Shown: positions 1 to 14,686 of the stretch, in pieces
Layout of the letters: every line of letters starts with the position of its first letter
How positions within the stretch are numbered: the stretch's first letter is position 1
Origin: Escherichia phage HK629
Sequence record: NC_019711.1
Length of the DNA stretch: 47,288 bases
Direction: 5' to 3' (one strand)
Program-made: the position numbers and the translations under genes
The notes under the pieces: model-generated
Seen by the model: only the letters and a program-made list of their open reading frames with translations
Database searches by the model: none
Told to the model about the DNA's origin: nothing

Positions 1-520
1 ATGGAAGTCAACAAAAAGCAGCTGGCTGACATTTTCGGTGCGAGTATCCGTACCATTCAGAACTGGCAGGAACAGGGAATGCCCGTTCTGCGAGGCGGTG
101 GCAAGGGTAATGAGGTGCTTTATGACTCTGCCGCCGTCATAAAATGGTATGCCGAAAGGGATGCTGAAATTGAGAACGAAAAGCTGCGCCGGGAGGTTGA
201 AGAACTGCGGCAGGCCAGCGAGGCAGATCTCCAGCCAGGAACTATTGAGTACGAACGCCATCGACTTACGCGTGCGCAGGCCGACGCACAGGAACTGAAG
301 AATGCCAGAGACTCCGCTGAAGTGGTGGAAACCGCATTCTGTACTTTCGTGCTGTCGCGGATCGCAGGTGAAATTGCCAGTATTCTCGACGGGCTCCCCC
401 TGTCGGTGCAGCGGCGTTTTCCGGAACTGGAAAACCGACATGTTGATTTCCTGAAACGGGATATCATCAAAGCCATGAACAAAGCAGCCGCGCTGGATGA
501 ACTGATACCGGGGTTGCTGA

Positions 521-546
<26 letters not shown>
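1..546 (+). CDS. nu1: Terminase small subunit Nu1
   Basis: 181-aa ORF whose translation matches lambda Nu1 as I remember it; 3' end overlaps the A start; cos lies immediately upstream in the circular map. Confidence 0.97.
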
Positions 547-4227
<3,681 letters not shown>

Positions 4228-4247
<20 letters not shown>

Positions 4248-5547
4248 TCTCCCGCATATTGCCAGCATGGCCTTTAATGAGCCGCTGATGCTTGAACCCG
4301 CCTATGCGCGGGTTTTCTTTTGTGCGCTTGCAGGCCAGCTTGGGATCAGCAGCCTGACGGATGCGGTGTCCGGCGACAGCCTGACTGCCCAGGAGGCACT
4401 CGCGACGCTGGCATTATCCGGTGATGATGACGGACCACGACAGGCCCGCAGTTATCAGGTCATGAACGGCATCGCCGTGCTGCCGGTGTCCGGCACGCTG
4501 GTCAGCCGGACGCGGGCGCTGCAGCCGTACTCGGGGATGACCGGTTACAACGGCATTATCGCCCGTCTGCAACAGGCTGCCAGCGATCCGATGGTGGACG
4601 GCATTCTGCTCGATATGGACACGCCCGGCGGGATGGTGGCGGGGGCATTTGACTGCGCTGACATCATCGCCCGTGTGCGTGACATAAAACCGGTATGGGC
4701 GCTTGCCAACGACATGAACTGCAGTGCAGGTCAGTTGCTTGCCAGTGCCGCCTCCCGGCGTCTGGTCACGCAGACCGCCCGGACAGGCTCCATCGGCGTC
4801 ATGATGGCTCACAGTAATTACGGTGCTGCGCTGGAGAAACAGGGTGTGGAAATCACGCTGATTTACAGCGGCAGCCATAAGGTGGATGGCAACCCCTACA
4901 GCCATCTTCCGGATGACGTCCGGGAGACACTGCAGTCCCGGATGGACGCAACCCGCCAGATGTTTGCGCAGAAGGTGTCGGCATATACCGGCCTGTCCGT
5001 GCAGGTTGTGCTGGATACCGAGGCTGCAGTGTACAGCGGTCAGGAGGCCATTGATGCCGGACTGGCTGATGAACTTGTTAACAGCACCGATGCGATCACC
5101 GTCATGCGTGATGCACTGGATGCACGTAAATCCCGTCTCTCAGGAGGGCGAATGACCAAAGAGACTCAATCAACAACTGTTTCAGCCACTGCTTCGCAGG
5201 CTGACGTTACTGACGTGGTGCCAGCGACGGAGGGCGAGAACGCCAGCGCGGCGCAGCCGGACGTGAACGCGCAGATCACCGCAGCGGTTGCGGCAGAAAA
5301 CAGCCGCATTATGGGGATCCTCAACTGTGAGGAGGCTCACGGACGCGAAGAACAGGCACGCGTGCTGGCAGAAACCCCCGGTATGACCGTGAAAACGGCC
5401 CGCCGCATTCTGGCCGCAGCACCACAGAGTGCACAGGCGCGCAGTGACACTGCGCTGGATCGTCTGATGCAGGGGGCACCGGCACCGCTGGCTGCAGGTA
5501 ACCCGGCATCTGATGCCGTTAACGATTTGCTGAACACACCAGTGTAA
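4228..5547 (+). CDS. C: Capsid assembly protease C (GTG start)
   Basis: Frame opens further upstream, but a GTG at 4228 begins the recognised C N-terminus (TAELRNLPHIASMAF); 439 aa. Confidence 0.9.
4942..5547 (+). CDS. nu3: Scaffolding protein Nu3 (in-frame internal start within C)
   Basis: ATG at 4942 in the C frame (MDATRQMFAQKVS), same stop as C; nested arrangement known for lambda. Confidence 0.85.
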   Translation: MDATRQMFAQKVSAYTGLSVQVVLDTEAAVYSGQEAIDAGLADELVNSTDAITVMRDALDARKSRLSGGRMTKETQSTTVSATASQADVTDVVPATEGENASAAQPDVNAQITAAVAAENSRIMGILNCEEAHGREEQARVLAETPGMTVKTARRILAAAPQSAQARSDTALDRLMQGAPAPLAAGNPASDAVNDLLNTPV

Positions 5548-5556
5548 GGGATGTTT

Positions 5557-5889
5557 ATGACGAGCAAAGAAACCTTTACCCATTACCAGCCGCAGGGCAA
5601 CAGTGACCCGGCTCATACCGCAACCGCGCCCGGCGGATTGAGTGCGAAAGCGCCTGCAATGACCCCGCTGATGCTGGACACCTCCAGCCGTAAGCTGGTT
5701 GCGTGGGATGGCACCACCGACGGTGCTGCCGTTGGCATTCTTGCGGTTGCTGCTGACCAGACCAGCACCACGCTGACGTTCTACAAGTCCGGCACGTTCC
5801 GTTATGAGGATGTGCTCTGGCCGGAGGCTGCCAGCGACGAGACGAAAAAACGGACCGCGTTTGCCGGAACGGCAATCAGCATCGTTTAA
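5557..5889 (+). CDS. D: Head decoration protein D
   Basis: 110-aa ORF starting [15 protein letters not shown]. Confidence 0.95.
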
Positions 5890-5944
5890 CTTTACCCTTC
5901 ATCACTAAAGGCCGCCTGTGCGGCTTTTTTTACGGGATTTTTTT

Positions 5945-6970
5945 ATGTCGATGTACACAACCGCCCAACTGCTGGCGGCAAATGAGCAGAAATTTAAGTT
6001 TGATCCGCTGTTTCTGCGTCTCTTTTTCCGTGAGAGCTATCCCTTCACCACGGAGAAAGTCTATCTCTCACAAATTCCGGGACTGGTAAACATGGCGCTG
6101 TACGTTTCGCCGATTGTTTCCGGTGAGGTTATCCGTTCCCGTGGCGGCTCCACCTCTGAATTTACGCCGGGATATGTCAAGCCGAAGCATGAAGTGAATC
6201 CGCAGATGACCCTGCGTCGCCTGCCGGATGAAGATCCGCAGAATCTGGCGGACCCGGCTTACCGCCGCCGTCGCATCATCATGCAGAACATGCGTGACGA
6301 AGAGCTGGCCATTGCTCAGGTCGAAGAGATGCAGGCAGTTTCTGCCGTGCTTAAGGGCAAATACACCATGACCGGTGAAGCCTTCGATCCGGTTGAGGTG
6401 GATATGGGCCGCAGTGAGGAGAATAACATCACGCAGTCCGGCGGCACGGAGTGGAGCAAGCGTGACAAGTCCACGTATGACCCGACCGACGATATCGAAG
6501 CCTACGCGCTGAACGCCAGCGGTGTGGTGAATATCATCGTGTTCGATCCGAAAGGCTGGGCGCTGTTCCGTTCCTTCAAAGCCGTCAAGGAGAAGCTGGA
6601 TACCCGTCGTGGCTCTAATTCCGAGCTGGAGACAGCGGTGAAAGACCTGGGCAAAGCGGTGTCCTATAAGGGGATGTATGGCGATGTGGCCATCGTCGTG
6701 TATTCCGGACAGTACGTGGAAAACGGCGTCAAAAAGAACTTCCTGCCGGACAACACGATGGTGCTGGGGAACACTCAGGCACGCGGTCTGCGCACCTATG
6801 GCTGCATTCAGGATGCGGACGCACAGCGCGAAGGCATTAACGCCTCTGCCCGTTACCCGAAAAACTGGGTGACCACCGGCGATCCGGCGCGTGAGTTCAC
6901 CATGATTCAGTCAGCACCGCTGATGCTGCTGGCTGACCCTGATGAGTTCGTGTCCGTACAACTGGCGTAA
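5945..6970 (+). CDS. E: Major capsid protein E
   Basis: 341-aa ORF starting MSMYTTAQLLAANEQKF. Confidence 0.96.
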   Translation: MSMYTTAQLLAANEQKFKFDPLFLRLFFRESYPFTTEKVYLSQIPGLVNMALYVSPIVSGEVIRSRGGSTSEFTPGYVKPKHEVNPQMTLRRLPDEDPQNLADPAYRRRRIIMQNMRDEELAIAQVEEMQAVSAVLKGKYTMTGEAFDPVEVDMGRSEENNITQSGGTEWSKRDKSTYDPTDDIEAYALNASGVVNIIVFDPKGWALFRSFKAVKEKLDTRRGSNSELETAVKDLGKAVSYKGMYGDVAIVVYSGQYVENGVKKNFLPDNTMVLGNTQARGLRTYGCIQDADAQREGINASARYPKNWVTTGDPAREFTMIQSAPLMLLADPDEFVSVQLA

Positions 6971-7011
6971 TCATGGCCCTTCGGGGCCATTGTTTCTCTG
7001 TGGAGGAGTCC

Positions 7012-7410
7012 ATGACGAAAGATGAACTGATTGCCCGTCTCCGCTCGCTGGGTGAACAACTGAACCGTGATGTCAGCCTGACGGGGACGAAAGAAGAACT
7101 GGCGCTCCGTGTGGCAGAGCTGAAAGAGGAGCTTGATGACACGGATGAAACTGCCGGTCAGGACACCCCTCTCAGCCGGGAAAATGTGCTGACCGGACAT
7201 GAAAATGAGGTGGGATCAGCGCAGCCGGATACCGTGATTCTGGATACGTCTGAACTGGTCACGGTCGTGGCACTGGTGAAGCTGCATACTGATGCACTTC
7301 ACGCCACGCGGGATGAACCTGTGGCATTTGTGCTGCCGGGAACGGCGTTTCGTGTCTCTGCCGGTGTGGCAGCCGAAATGACAGAGCGCGGCCTGGCCAG
7401 AATGCAATAA
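7012..7410 (+). CDS. FI: DNA packaging protein FI
   Basis: 132-aa ORF starting MTKDELIARLRSLGEQL. Confidence 0.93.
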   Translation: MTKDELIARLRSLGEQLNRDVSLTGTKEELALRVAELKEELDDTDETAGQDTPLSRENVLTGHENEVGSAQPDTVILDTSELVTVVALVKLHTDALHATRDEPVAFVLPGTAFRVSAGVAAEMTERGLARMQ

Positions 7411-7421
7411 CGGGAGGCGCT

Positions 7422-7775
7422 GTGGCTGATTTCGATAACCTGTTCGATGCTGCCATTGCCCGCGCCGATGAAACGATACGCGGGTACATGGGAACGTCAG
7501 CCACCATTACATCCGGTGAGCAGTCAGGTGCGGTGATACGTGGTGTTTTTGATGACCCTGAAAATATCAGCTATGCCGGACAGGGCGTGCGCGTTGAAGG
7601 CTCCAGCCCGTCCCTGTTTGTCCGGACTGATGAGGTGCGGCAGCTGCGGCGTGGAGACACGCTGACCATCGGTGAGGAAAATTTCTGGGTAGATCGGGTT
7701 TCGCCGGATGATGGCGGAAGTTGTCATCTCTGGCTTGGACGGGGCGTACCGCCTGCCGTTAACCGTCGCCGCTGA
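7422..7775 (+). CDS. FII: Head-tail joining protein FII
   Basis: 117-aa ORF following FI. Confidence 0.93.
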   Translation: MADFDNLFDAAIARADETIRGYMGTSATITSGEQSGAVIRGVFDDPENISYAGQGVRVEGSSPSLFVRTDEVRQLRRGDTLTIGEENFWVDRVSPDDGGSCHLWLGRGVPPAVNRRR

Positions 7776-7786
7776 AAGGGGGATGT

Positions 7787-8365
7787 ATGGCCATAAAAGG
7801 TCTTGAGCAGGCCGTTGAAAACCTCAGCCGTATCAGCAAAACGGCGGTGCCTGGTGCCGCCGCAATGGCCATTAACCGCGTTGCTTCATCCGCGATATCG
7901 CAGTCGGCGTCACAGGTTGCCCGTGAGACAAAGGTACGCCGGAAACTGGTAAAGGAAAGGGCCAGGCTGAAAAGGGCCACGGTCAAAAATCCGCAGGCCA
8001 GAATCAAAGTTAACCGGGGGGATTTGCCCGTAATCAAGCTGGGTAATGCGCGGGTTGTCCTTTCGCGCCGCAGGCGTCGTAAAAAGGGGCAGCGTTCATC
8101 CCTGAAAGGTGGCGGCAGCGTGCTTGTGGTGGGTAACCGTCGTATTCCCGGCGCGTTTATTCAGCAACTGAAAAATGGCCGGTGGCATGTCATGCAGCGT
8201 GTGGCTGGGAAAAACCGTTACCCCATTGATGTGGTGAAAATCCCGATGGCGGTGCCGCTGACCACGGCGTTTAAACAAAATATTGAGCGGATACGGCGTG
8301 AACGTCTTCCGAAAGAGCTGGGCTATGCGCTGCAGCATCAACTGAGGATGGTAATAAAGCGATGA
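7787..8365 (+). CDS. Z: Tail completion protein Z
   Basis: 192-aa ORF, lambda gene order. Confidence 0.93.
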   Translation: MAIKGLEQAVENLSRISKTAVPGAAAMAINRVASSAISQSASQVARETKVRRKLVKERARLKRATVKNPQARIKVNRGDLPVIKLGNARVVLSRRRRRKKGQRSSLKGGGSVLVVGNRRIPGAFIQQLKNGRWHVMQRVAGKNRYPIDVVKIPMAVPLTTAFKQNIERIRRERLPKELGYALQHQLRMVIKR

Positions 8366-8757
8366 AACATACTGAACTCCGTGCAGCCGTACTGGATGCA
8401 CTGGAGAAGCATGACACCGGGGCGACGTTTTTTGATGGTCGCCCCGCTGTTTTTGATGAGGCGGATTTTCCGGCAGTTGCCGTTTATCTCACCGGCGCTG
8501 AATACACGGGCGAAGAGCTGGACAGCGATACCTGGCAGGCGGAGCTGCATATCGAAGTTTTCCTGCCTGCTCAGGTGCCGGATTCAGAGCTGGATGCGTG
8601 GATGGAGTCCCGGATTTATCCGGTGATGAGCGATATCCCGGCACTGTCAGATTTGATCACCAGTATGGTGGCCAGCGGCTATGACTACCGGCGCGACGAT
8701 GATGCGGGCTTGTGGAGTTCAGCCGATCTGACTTATGTCATTACCTATGAAATGTGA
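8362..8757 (+). CDS. U: Tail terminator protein U
   Basis: 131-aa ORF, 4-bp overlap with Z. Confidence 0.93.
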
Positions 8758-8764
8758 GGACGCT

Positions 8765-9505
8765 ATGCCTGTACCAAATCCTACAATGCCGGTGAAAGGT
8801 GCCGGGACCACCCTGTGGGTTTATAAGGGGAGCGGTGACCCTTACGCGAATCCGCTTTCAGACGTTGACTGGTCGCGTCTGGCAAAAGTTAAAGACCTGA
8901 CGCCCGGCGAACTGACCGCTGAGTCCTATGACGACAGCTATCTCGATGATGAAGATGCAGACTGGACTGCGACCGGGCAGGGGCAGAAATCTGCCGGAGA
9001 TACCAGCTTCACGCTGGCGTGGATGCCCGGAGAGCAGGGGCAGCAGGCGCTGCTGGCGTGGTTTAATGAAGGCGATACCCGTGCCTATAAAATCCGCTTC
9101 CCGAACGGCACGGTCGATGTGTTCCGTGGCTGGGTCAGCAGTATCGGTAAGGCGGTGACGGCGAAGGAAGTGATCACCCGCACGGTGAAAGTCACCAATG
9201 TGGGACGTCCGTCGATGGCAGAAGATCGCAGCACGGTAACAGCGGCAACCGGCATGACCGTGACGCCTGCCAGCACCTCGGTGGTGAAAGGGCAGAGCAC
9301 CACGCTGACCGTGGCCTTCCAGCCGGAGGGCGTAACCGACAAGAGCTTTCGTGCGGTGTCTGCGGATAAAACAAAAGCCACCGTGTCGGTCAGTGGTATG
9401 ACCATCACCGTGAACGGCGTTGCTGCAGGCAAGGTCAACATTCCGGTTGTATCCGGTAATGGTGAGTTTGCTGCGGTTGCAGAAATTACCGTCACCGCCA
9501 GTTAA
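8765..9505 (+). CDS. V: Major tail tube protein V
   Basis: 246 aa from [12 protein letters not shown]; Ig-like C-terminal region. Confidence 0.95.
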
Positions 9506-9520
9506 TCCGGAGAGTCAGCG

Positions 9521-9943
9521 ATGTTCCTGAAAACCGAATCATTTGAACATAACGGTGTGACCGTCACGCTTTCTGAACTGTCAGCCCTGCAGCGCATTGA
9601 GCATCTCGCCCTGATGAAACGGCAGGCAGAACAGGCGGAGTCAGACAGCAACCGGAAGTTTACTGTGGAAGACGCCATCAGAACCGGCGCGTTTCTGGTG
9701 GCGATGTCCCTGTGGCATAACCATCCGCAGAAGACGCAGATGCCGTCCATGAATGAAGCCGTTAAACAGATTGAGCAGGAAGTGCTTACCACCTGGCCCA
9801 CGGAGGCAATTTCTCATGCTGAAAACGTGGTGTACCGGCTGTCTGGTATGTATGAGTTTGTGGTGAATAATGCCCCTGAACAGACAGAGGACGCCGGGCC
9901 CGCAGAGCCTGTTTCTGCGGGAAAGTGTTCGACGGTGAGCTGA
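9521..9943 (+). CDS. G: Tail assembly chaperone G
   Basis: 140-aa ORF upstream of the tape measure gene; slippery site near its 3' end. Confidence 0.93.
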   Translation: MFLKTESFEHNGVTVTLSELSALQRIEHLALMKRQAEQAESDSNRKFTVEDAIRTGAFLVAMSLWHNHPQKTQMPSMNEAVKQIEQEVLTTWPTEAISHAENVVYRLSGMYEFVVNNAPEQTEDAGPAEPVSAGKCSTVS

Positions 9944-10359
9944 GTTTTGCCCTGAAACTGGCGCGTGAGATGGGGCGACCCGACTGGCGTGCCATGCTTG
10001 CCGGGATGTCATCCACGGAGTATGCCGACTGGCACCGCTTTTACAGTACCCATTATTTTCATGATGTTCTGCTGGATATGCACTTTTCCGGGCTGACGTA
10101 CACCGTGCTCAGCCTGTTTTTCAGCGATCCGGATATGCATCCGCTGGATTTCAGTCTGCTGAACCGGCGCGAGGCTGACGAAGAGCCTGAAGATGATGTG
10201 CTGATGCAGAAAGCGGCAGGGCTTGCCGGAGGTGTCCGCTTTGGCCCGGACGGGAATGAAGTTATCCCCGCTTCCCCGGATGTGGCGGACATGACGGAGG
10301 ATGACGTAATGCTGATGACAGTATCAGAAGGGATCGCAGGAGGAGTCCGGTATGGCTGA
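9521..10359 (+). CDS. T: Tail assembly chaperone G-T fusion made by -1 ribosomal frameshift
   Basis: Slippery heptamer GGGAAAG at 9919-9925 near the end of G; the -1 frame (ORF 9925-10359) continues to just before H; conserved G/GT arrangement of long-tailed phages. Confidence 0.85.
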
Positions 10360-12913
10360 ACCGGTAGGCGATCTGGTCGTTGATTTGAGTCTGGATGCGG
10401 CCAGATTTGACGAGCAGATGGCCAGAGTCAGGCGTCATTTTTCTGGTACGGAAAGTGATGCGAAAAAAACAGCGGCAGTCGTTGAACAGTCGCTGAGCCG
10501 ACAGGCGCTGGCTGCACAGAAAGCGGGGATTTCCGTCGGGCAGTATAAAGCCGCCATGCGTATGCTGCCTGCACAGTTCACCGACGTGGCCACGCAGCTT
10601 GCAGGCGGGCAAAGTCCGTGGCTGATCCTGCTGCAACAGGGGGGGCAGGTGAAGGACTCCTTCGGCGGGATGATCCCCATGTTCAGGGGGCTTGCCGGTG
10701 CGATCACCCTGCCGATGGTGGGGGCCACCTCGCTGGCGGTGGCGACCGGTGCGCTGGCGTATGCCTGGTATCAGGGCAACTCAACCCTGTCCGATTTCAA
10801 CAAAACGCTGGTCCTTTCCGGCAATCAGGCGGGACTGACGGCAGATCGTATGCTGGTCCTGTCCAGAGCCGGGCAGGCGGCAGGGCTGACGTTTAACCAG
10901 ACCAGCGAGTCACTCAGCGCACTGGTTAAGGCGGGGGTAAGCGGTGAGGCTCAGATTGCGTCCATCAGCCAGAGTGTGGCGCGTTTCTCCTCTGCATCCG
11001 GCGTGGAGGTGGACAAGGTCGCTGAAGCCTTCGGGAAGCTGACCACAGACCCGACGTCGGGGCTGACGGCGATGGCTCGCCAGTTCCATAACGTGTCGGC
11101 GGAGCAGATTGCGTATGTTGCTCAGTTGCAGCGTTCCGGCGATGAAGCCGGGGCATTGCAGGCGGCGAACGAGGCCGCAACGAAAGGGTTTGATGACCAG
11201 ACCCGCCGCCTGAAAGAGAACATGGGCACGCTGGAGACCTGGGCAGACAGGACTGCGCGGGCATTCAAATCCATGTGGGATGCGGTGCTGGATATTGGTC
11301 GTCCTGATACCGCGCAGGAGATGCTGATTAAGGCAGAGGCTGCGTATAAGAAAGCAGACGACATCTGGAATCTGCGCAAGGATGATTATTTTGTTAACGA
11401 TGAAGCGCGGGCGCGTTACTGGGATGATCGTGAAAAGGCCCGTCTTGCGCTTGAAGCCGCCCGAAAGAAGGCTGAGCAGCAGACTCAACAGGACAAAAAT
11501 GCGCAGCAGCAGAGCGATACCGAAGCGTCACGGCTGAAATATACCGAAGAGGCGCAGAAGGCTTACGAACGGCTGCAGACGCCGCTGGAGAAATATACCG
11601 CCCGTCAGGAAGAACTGAACAAGGCACTGAAAGACGGGAAAATCCTGCAGGCGGATTACAACACGCTGATGGCGGCGGCGAAAAAGGATTATGAAGCGAC
11701 GCTGAAAAAGCCGAAACAGTCCAGCGTGAAGGTGTCTGCGGGCGATCGTCAGGAAGACAGTGCTCATGCTGCCCTGCTGACGCTTCAGGCAGAACTCCGG
11801 ACGCTGGAGAAGCATGCCGGAGCAAATGAGAAAATCAGCCAGCAGCGCCGGGATTTGTGGAAGGCGGAGAGTCAGTTCGCGGTACTGGAGGAGGCGGCGC
11901 AACGTCGCCAGCTGTCTGCACAGGAGAAATCCCTGCTGGCGCATAAAGATGAGACGCTGGAGTACAAACGCCAGCTGGCTGCACTTGGCGACAAGGTTAC
12001 GTATCAGGAGCGCCTGAACGCGCTGGCGCAGCAGGCGGATAAATTCGCACAGCAGCAACGGGCAAAACGGGCCGCCATTGATGCGAAAAGCCGGGGGCTG
12101 ACTGACCGGCAGGCAGAACGGGAAGCCACGGAACAGCGCCTGAAGGAACAGTATGGCGATAATCCGCTGGCGCTGAATAACGTCATGTCAGAGCAGAAAA
12201 AGACCTGGGCGGCTGAAGACCAGCTTCGCGGGAACTGGATGGCAGGCCTGAAGTCCGGCTGGAGTGAGTGGGAAGAGAGCGCCACGGACAGTATGTCGCA
12301 GGTAAAAAGTGCAGCCACGCAGACCTTTGATGGTATTGCACAGAATATGGCGGCGATGCTGACCGGCAGTGAGCAGAACTGGCGCAGCTTCACCCGTTCC
12401 GTGCTGTCCATGATGACAGAAATTCTGCTTAAGCAGGCAATGGTGGGGATTGTCGGGAGTATCGGCAGCGCCATTGGCGGGGCTGTTGGTGGCGGCGCAT
12501 CCGCGTCAGGCGGTACAGCCATTCAGGCCGCTGCGGCGAAATTCCATTTTGCAACCGGAGGATTTACGGGAACCGGCGGCAAATATGAGCCAGCGGGGAT
12601 TGTTCACCGTGGTGAGTTTGTCTTCACGAAGGAGGCAACCAGCCGGATTGGCGTGGGGAATCTTTACCGGCTGATGCGCGGCTATGCCACCGGCGGTTAT
12701 GTCGGTACACCGGGCAGCATGGCAGACAGCCGGTCGCAGGCGTCCGGGACGTTTGAGCAGAATAACCATGTGGTGATTAACAACGACGGCACGAACGGGC
12801 AGATAGGTCCGGCTGCTCTGAAGGCGGTGTATGACATGGCCCGCAAGGGTGCCCGTGATGAAATTCAGACACAGATGCGTGATGGTGGCCTGTTCTCCGG
12901 AGGTGGACGATGA
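10352..12913 (+). CDS. H: Tail tape measure protein H
   Basis: 853-aa ORF, coiled-coil-rich with Gly-rich C-terminal part. Confidence 0.96.
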   Translation: MAEPVGDLVVDLSLDAARFDEQMARVRRHFSGTESDAKKTAAVVEQSLSRQALAAQKAGISVGQYKAAMRMLPAQFTDVATQLAGGQSPWLILLQQGGQVKDSFGGMIPMFRGLAGAITLPMVGATSLAVATGALAYAWYQGNSTLSDFNKTLVLSGNQAGLTADRMLVLSRAGQAAGLTFNQTSESLSALVKAGVSGEAQIASISQSVARFSSASGVEVDKVAEAFGKLTTDPTSGLTAMARQFHNVSAEQIAYVAQLQRSGDEAGALQAANEAATKGFDDQTRRLKENMGTLETWADRTARAFKSMWDAVLDIGRPDTAQEMLIKAEAAYKKADDIWNLRKDDYFVNDEARARYWDDREKARLALEAARKKAEQQTQQDKNAQQQSDTEASRLKYTEEAQKAYERLQTPLEKYTARQEELNKALKDGKILQADYNTLMAAAKKDYEATLKKPKQSSVKVSAGDRQEDSAHAALLTLQAELRTLEKHAGANEKISQQRRDLWKAESQFAVLEEAAQRRQLSAQEKSLLAHKDETLEYKRQLAALGDKVTYQERLNALAQQADKFAQQQRAKRAAIDAKSRGLTDRQAEREATEQRLKEQYGDNPLALNNVMSEQKKTWAAEDQLRGNWMAGLKSGWSEWEESATDSMSQVKSAATQTFDGIAQNMAAMLTGSEQNWRSFTRSVLSMMTEILLKQAMVGIVGSIGSAIGGAVGGGASASGGTAIQAAAAKFHFATGGFTGTGGKYEPAGIVHRGEFVFTKEATSRIGVGNLYRLMRGYATGGYVGTPGSMADSRSQASGTFEQNNHVVINNDGTNGQIGPAALKAVYDMARKGARDEIQTQMRDGGLFSGGGR

Positions 12914-13239
12914 AGACCTTCCGCTGGAAAGTGAAACCCGGTATGGATGTGGCTTCGGTCCCTTCTGTAAGAAAGGTGCGCTTTGGTGATGGCTATTCTC
13001 AGCGAGCGCCTGCCGGGCTGAATGCCAACCTGAAAACGTACAGCGTGACGCTTTCTGTCCCCCGTGAGGAGGCCACGGTACTGGAGTCGTTTCTGGAAGA
13101 GCACGGGGGCTGGAAATCCTTTCTGTGGACGCCGCCTTATGAGTGGCGGCAGATAAAGGTGACCTGCGCAAAATGGTCGTCGCGGGTCAGTATGCTGCGT
13201 GTTGAGTTCAGCGCAGAGTTTGAACAGGTGGTGAACTGA
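12910..13239 (+). CDS. M: Tail tip protein M
   Basis: 109-aa ORF, 4-bp overlap with H. Confidence 0.93.
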   Translation: MKTFRWKVKPGMDVASVPSVRKVRFGDGYSQRAPAGLNANLKTYSVTLSVPREEATVLESFLEEHGGWKSFLWTPPYEWRQIKVTCAKWSSRVSMLRVEFSAEFEQVVN

Positions 13240-13937
13240 TGCAGGATATCCGGCAGGAAACACTGAATGAATGCACCCGTGCGGAGCAGTCGGCCAGCGT
13301 GGTGCTCTGGGAAATCGACCTGACAGAGGTCGGTGGAGAACGTTATTTTTTCTGTAATGAGCAGAACGAAAAAGGTGAGCCGGTCACCTGGCAGGGGCGA
13401 CAGTATCAGCCGTATCCCATTCAGGGGAGCGGTTTTGAACTGAATGGCAAAGGCACCAGTACGCGCCCCACGCTGACGGTTTCTAACCTGTACGGTATGG
13501 TCACCGGGATGGCGGAAGATATGCAGAGTCTGGTCGGCGGAACGGTGGTCCGGCGTAAGGTTTACGCCCGTTTTCTGGATGCGGTGAACTTCGTCAACGG
13601 AAACAGTTACGCCGATCCGGAGCAGGAGGTGATCAGCCGCTGGCGCATTGAGCAGTGCAGCGAACTGAGCGCGGTGAGTGCCTCCTTTGTACTGTCCACG
13701 CCGACGGAAACGGATGGCGCTGTTTTTCCGGGACGTATCATGCTGGCCAACACCTGCACCTGGACCTATCGCGGTGACGAGTGCGGTTATAGCGGTCCGG
13801 CTGTCGCGGATGAATATGACCAGCCAACGTCCGATATCACGAAGGATAAATGCAGCAAATGCCTGAGCGGTTGTAAGTTCCGCAATAACGTCGGCAACTT
13901 TGGCGGCTTCCTTTCCATTAACAAACTTTCGCAGTAA
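13239..13937 (+). CDS. L: Tail tip protein L
   Basis: 232-aa ORF with Cys-rich C-terminus. Confidence 0.93.
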   Translation: MQDIRQETLNECTRAEQSASVVLWEIDLTEVGGERYFFCNEQNEKGEPVTWQGRQYQPYPIQGSGFELNGKGTSTRPTLTVSNLYGMVTGMAEDMQSLVGGTVVRRKVYARFLDAVNFVNGNSYADPEQEVISRWRIEQCSELSAVSASFVLSTPTETDGAVFPGRIMLANTCTWTYRGDECGYSGPAVADEYDQPTSDITKDKCSKCLSGCKFRNNVGNFGGFLSINKLSQ

Positions 13938-13942
13938 ATCCC

Positions 13943-14686
13943 ATGACACAGACAGAATCAGCGATTCTGGCGCACGCCCGGCGATGTGCGCCAGCGGAGT
14001 CGTGCGGCTTCGTGGTAAGCACGCCGGAGGGGGAAAGATATTTCCCCTGCGTGAATATCTCCGGTGAGCCGGAGGCGTATTTCCGTATGTCGCCGGAAGA
14101 CTGGCTGCAGGCAGAAATGCAGGGTGAGATTGTGGCGCTGGTCCACAGCCACCCCGGTGGTCTGCCCTGGCTGAGTGAGGCCGACCGGCGGCTGCAGGTG
14201 CAGAGTGATTTGCCGTGGTGGCTGGTCTGCCGGGGGACGATTCATAAGTTCCGCTGTGTGCCGCATCTCACCGGGCGGCGCTTTGAGCACGGTGTGACGG
14301 ACTGTTACACACTGTTCCGGGATGCTTATCATCTGGCGGGGATTGAGATGCCGGACTTTCATCGTGAGGATGACTGGTGGCGTAACGGCCAGAATCTCTA
14401 TCTGGATAATCTGGAGGCGACGGGGCTGTATCAGGTGCCGTTGTCAGCGGCACAGCCGGGCGATGTGCTGCTGTGCTGTTTTGGTTCATCAGTGCCGAAT
14501 CACGCCGCAATTTACTGCGGCGACGGCGAGCTGCTGCACCATATTCCTGAACAACTGAGCAAACGAGAGAGGTACACCGACAAATGGCAGCGACGCACAC
14601 ACTCCCTCTGGCGTCACCGGGCATGGCGCGCATCTGCCTTTACGGGGATTTACAACGATTTGGTCGCCGCATCGACCTTCGTGTGA
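13943..14686 (+). CDS. K: Tail tip assembly protein K (JAMM/MPN plus NlpC/P60-like)
   Basis: 247-aa ORF containing EIVALVHSHPGG (JAMM-like) and a downstream Cys/His region; the classical 199-aa K would start at the internal ATG at 14087. Confidence 0.88.
   Translation: MTQTESAILAHARRCAPAESCGFVVSTPEGERYFPCVNISGEPEAYFRMSPEDWLQAEMQGEIVALVHSHPGGLPWLSEADRRLQVQSDLPWWLVCRGTIHKFRCVPHLTGRRFEHGVTDCYTLFRDAYHLAGIEMPDFHREDDWWRNGQNLYLDNLEATGLYQVPLSAAQPGDVLLCCFGSSVPNHAAIYCGDGELLHHIPEQLSKRERYTDKWQRRTHSLWRHRAWRASAFTGIYNDLVAASTFV

Noticed and set aside
10910-12522. Several 170-190-aa minus-strand ORFs
   Set aside because: All antisense to the tape measure gene H; Ala/Arg-rich artefacts of GC-rich coding sequence.
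13137-13949. 270-aa minus-strand ORF
   Set aside because: Antisense to L and M; no independent support.
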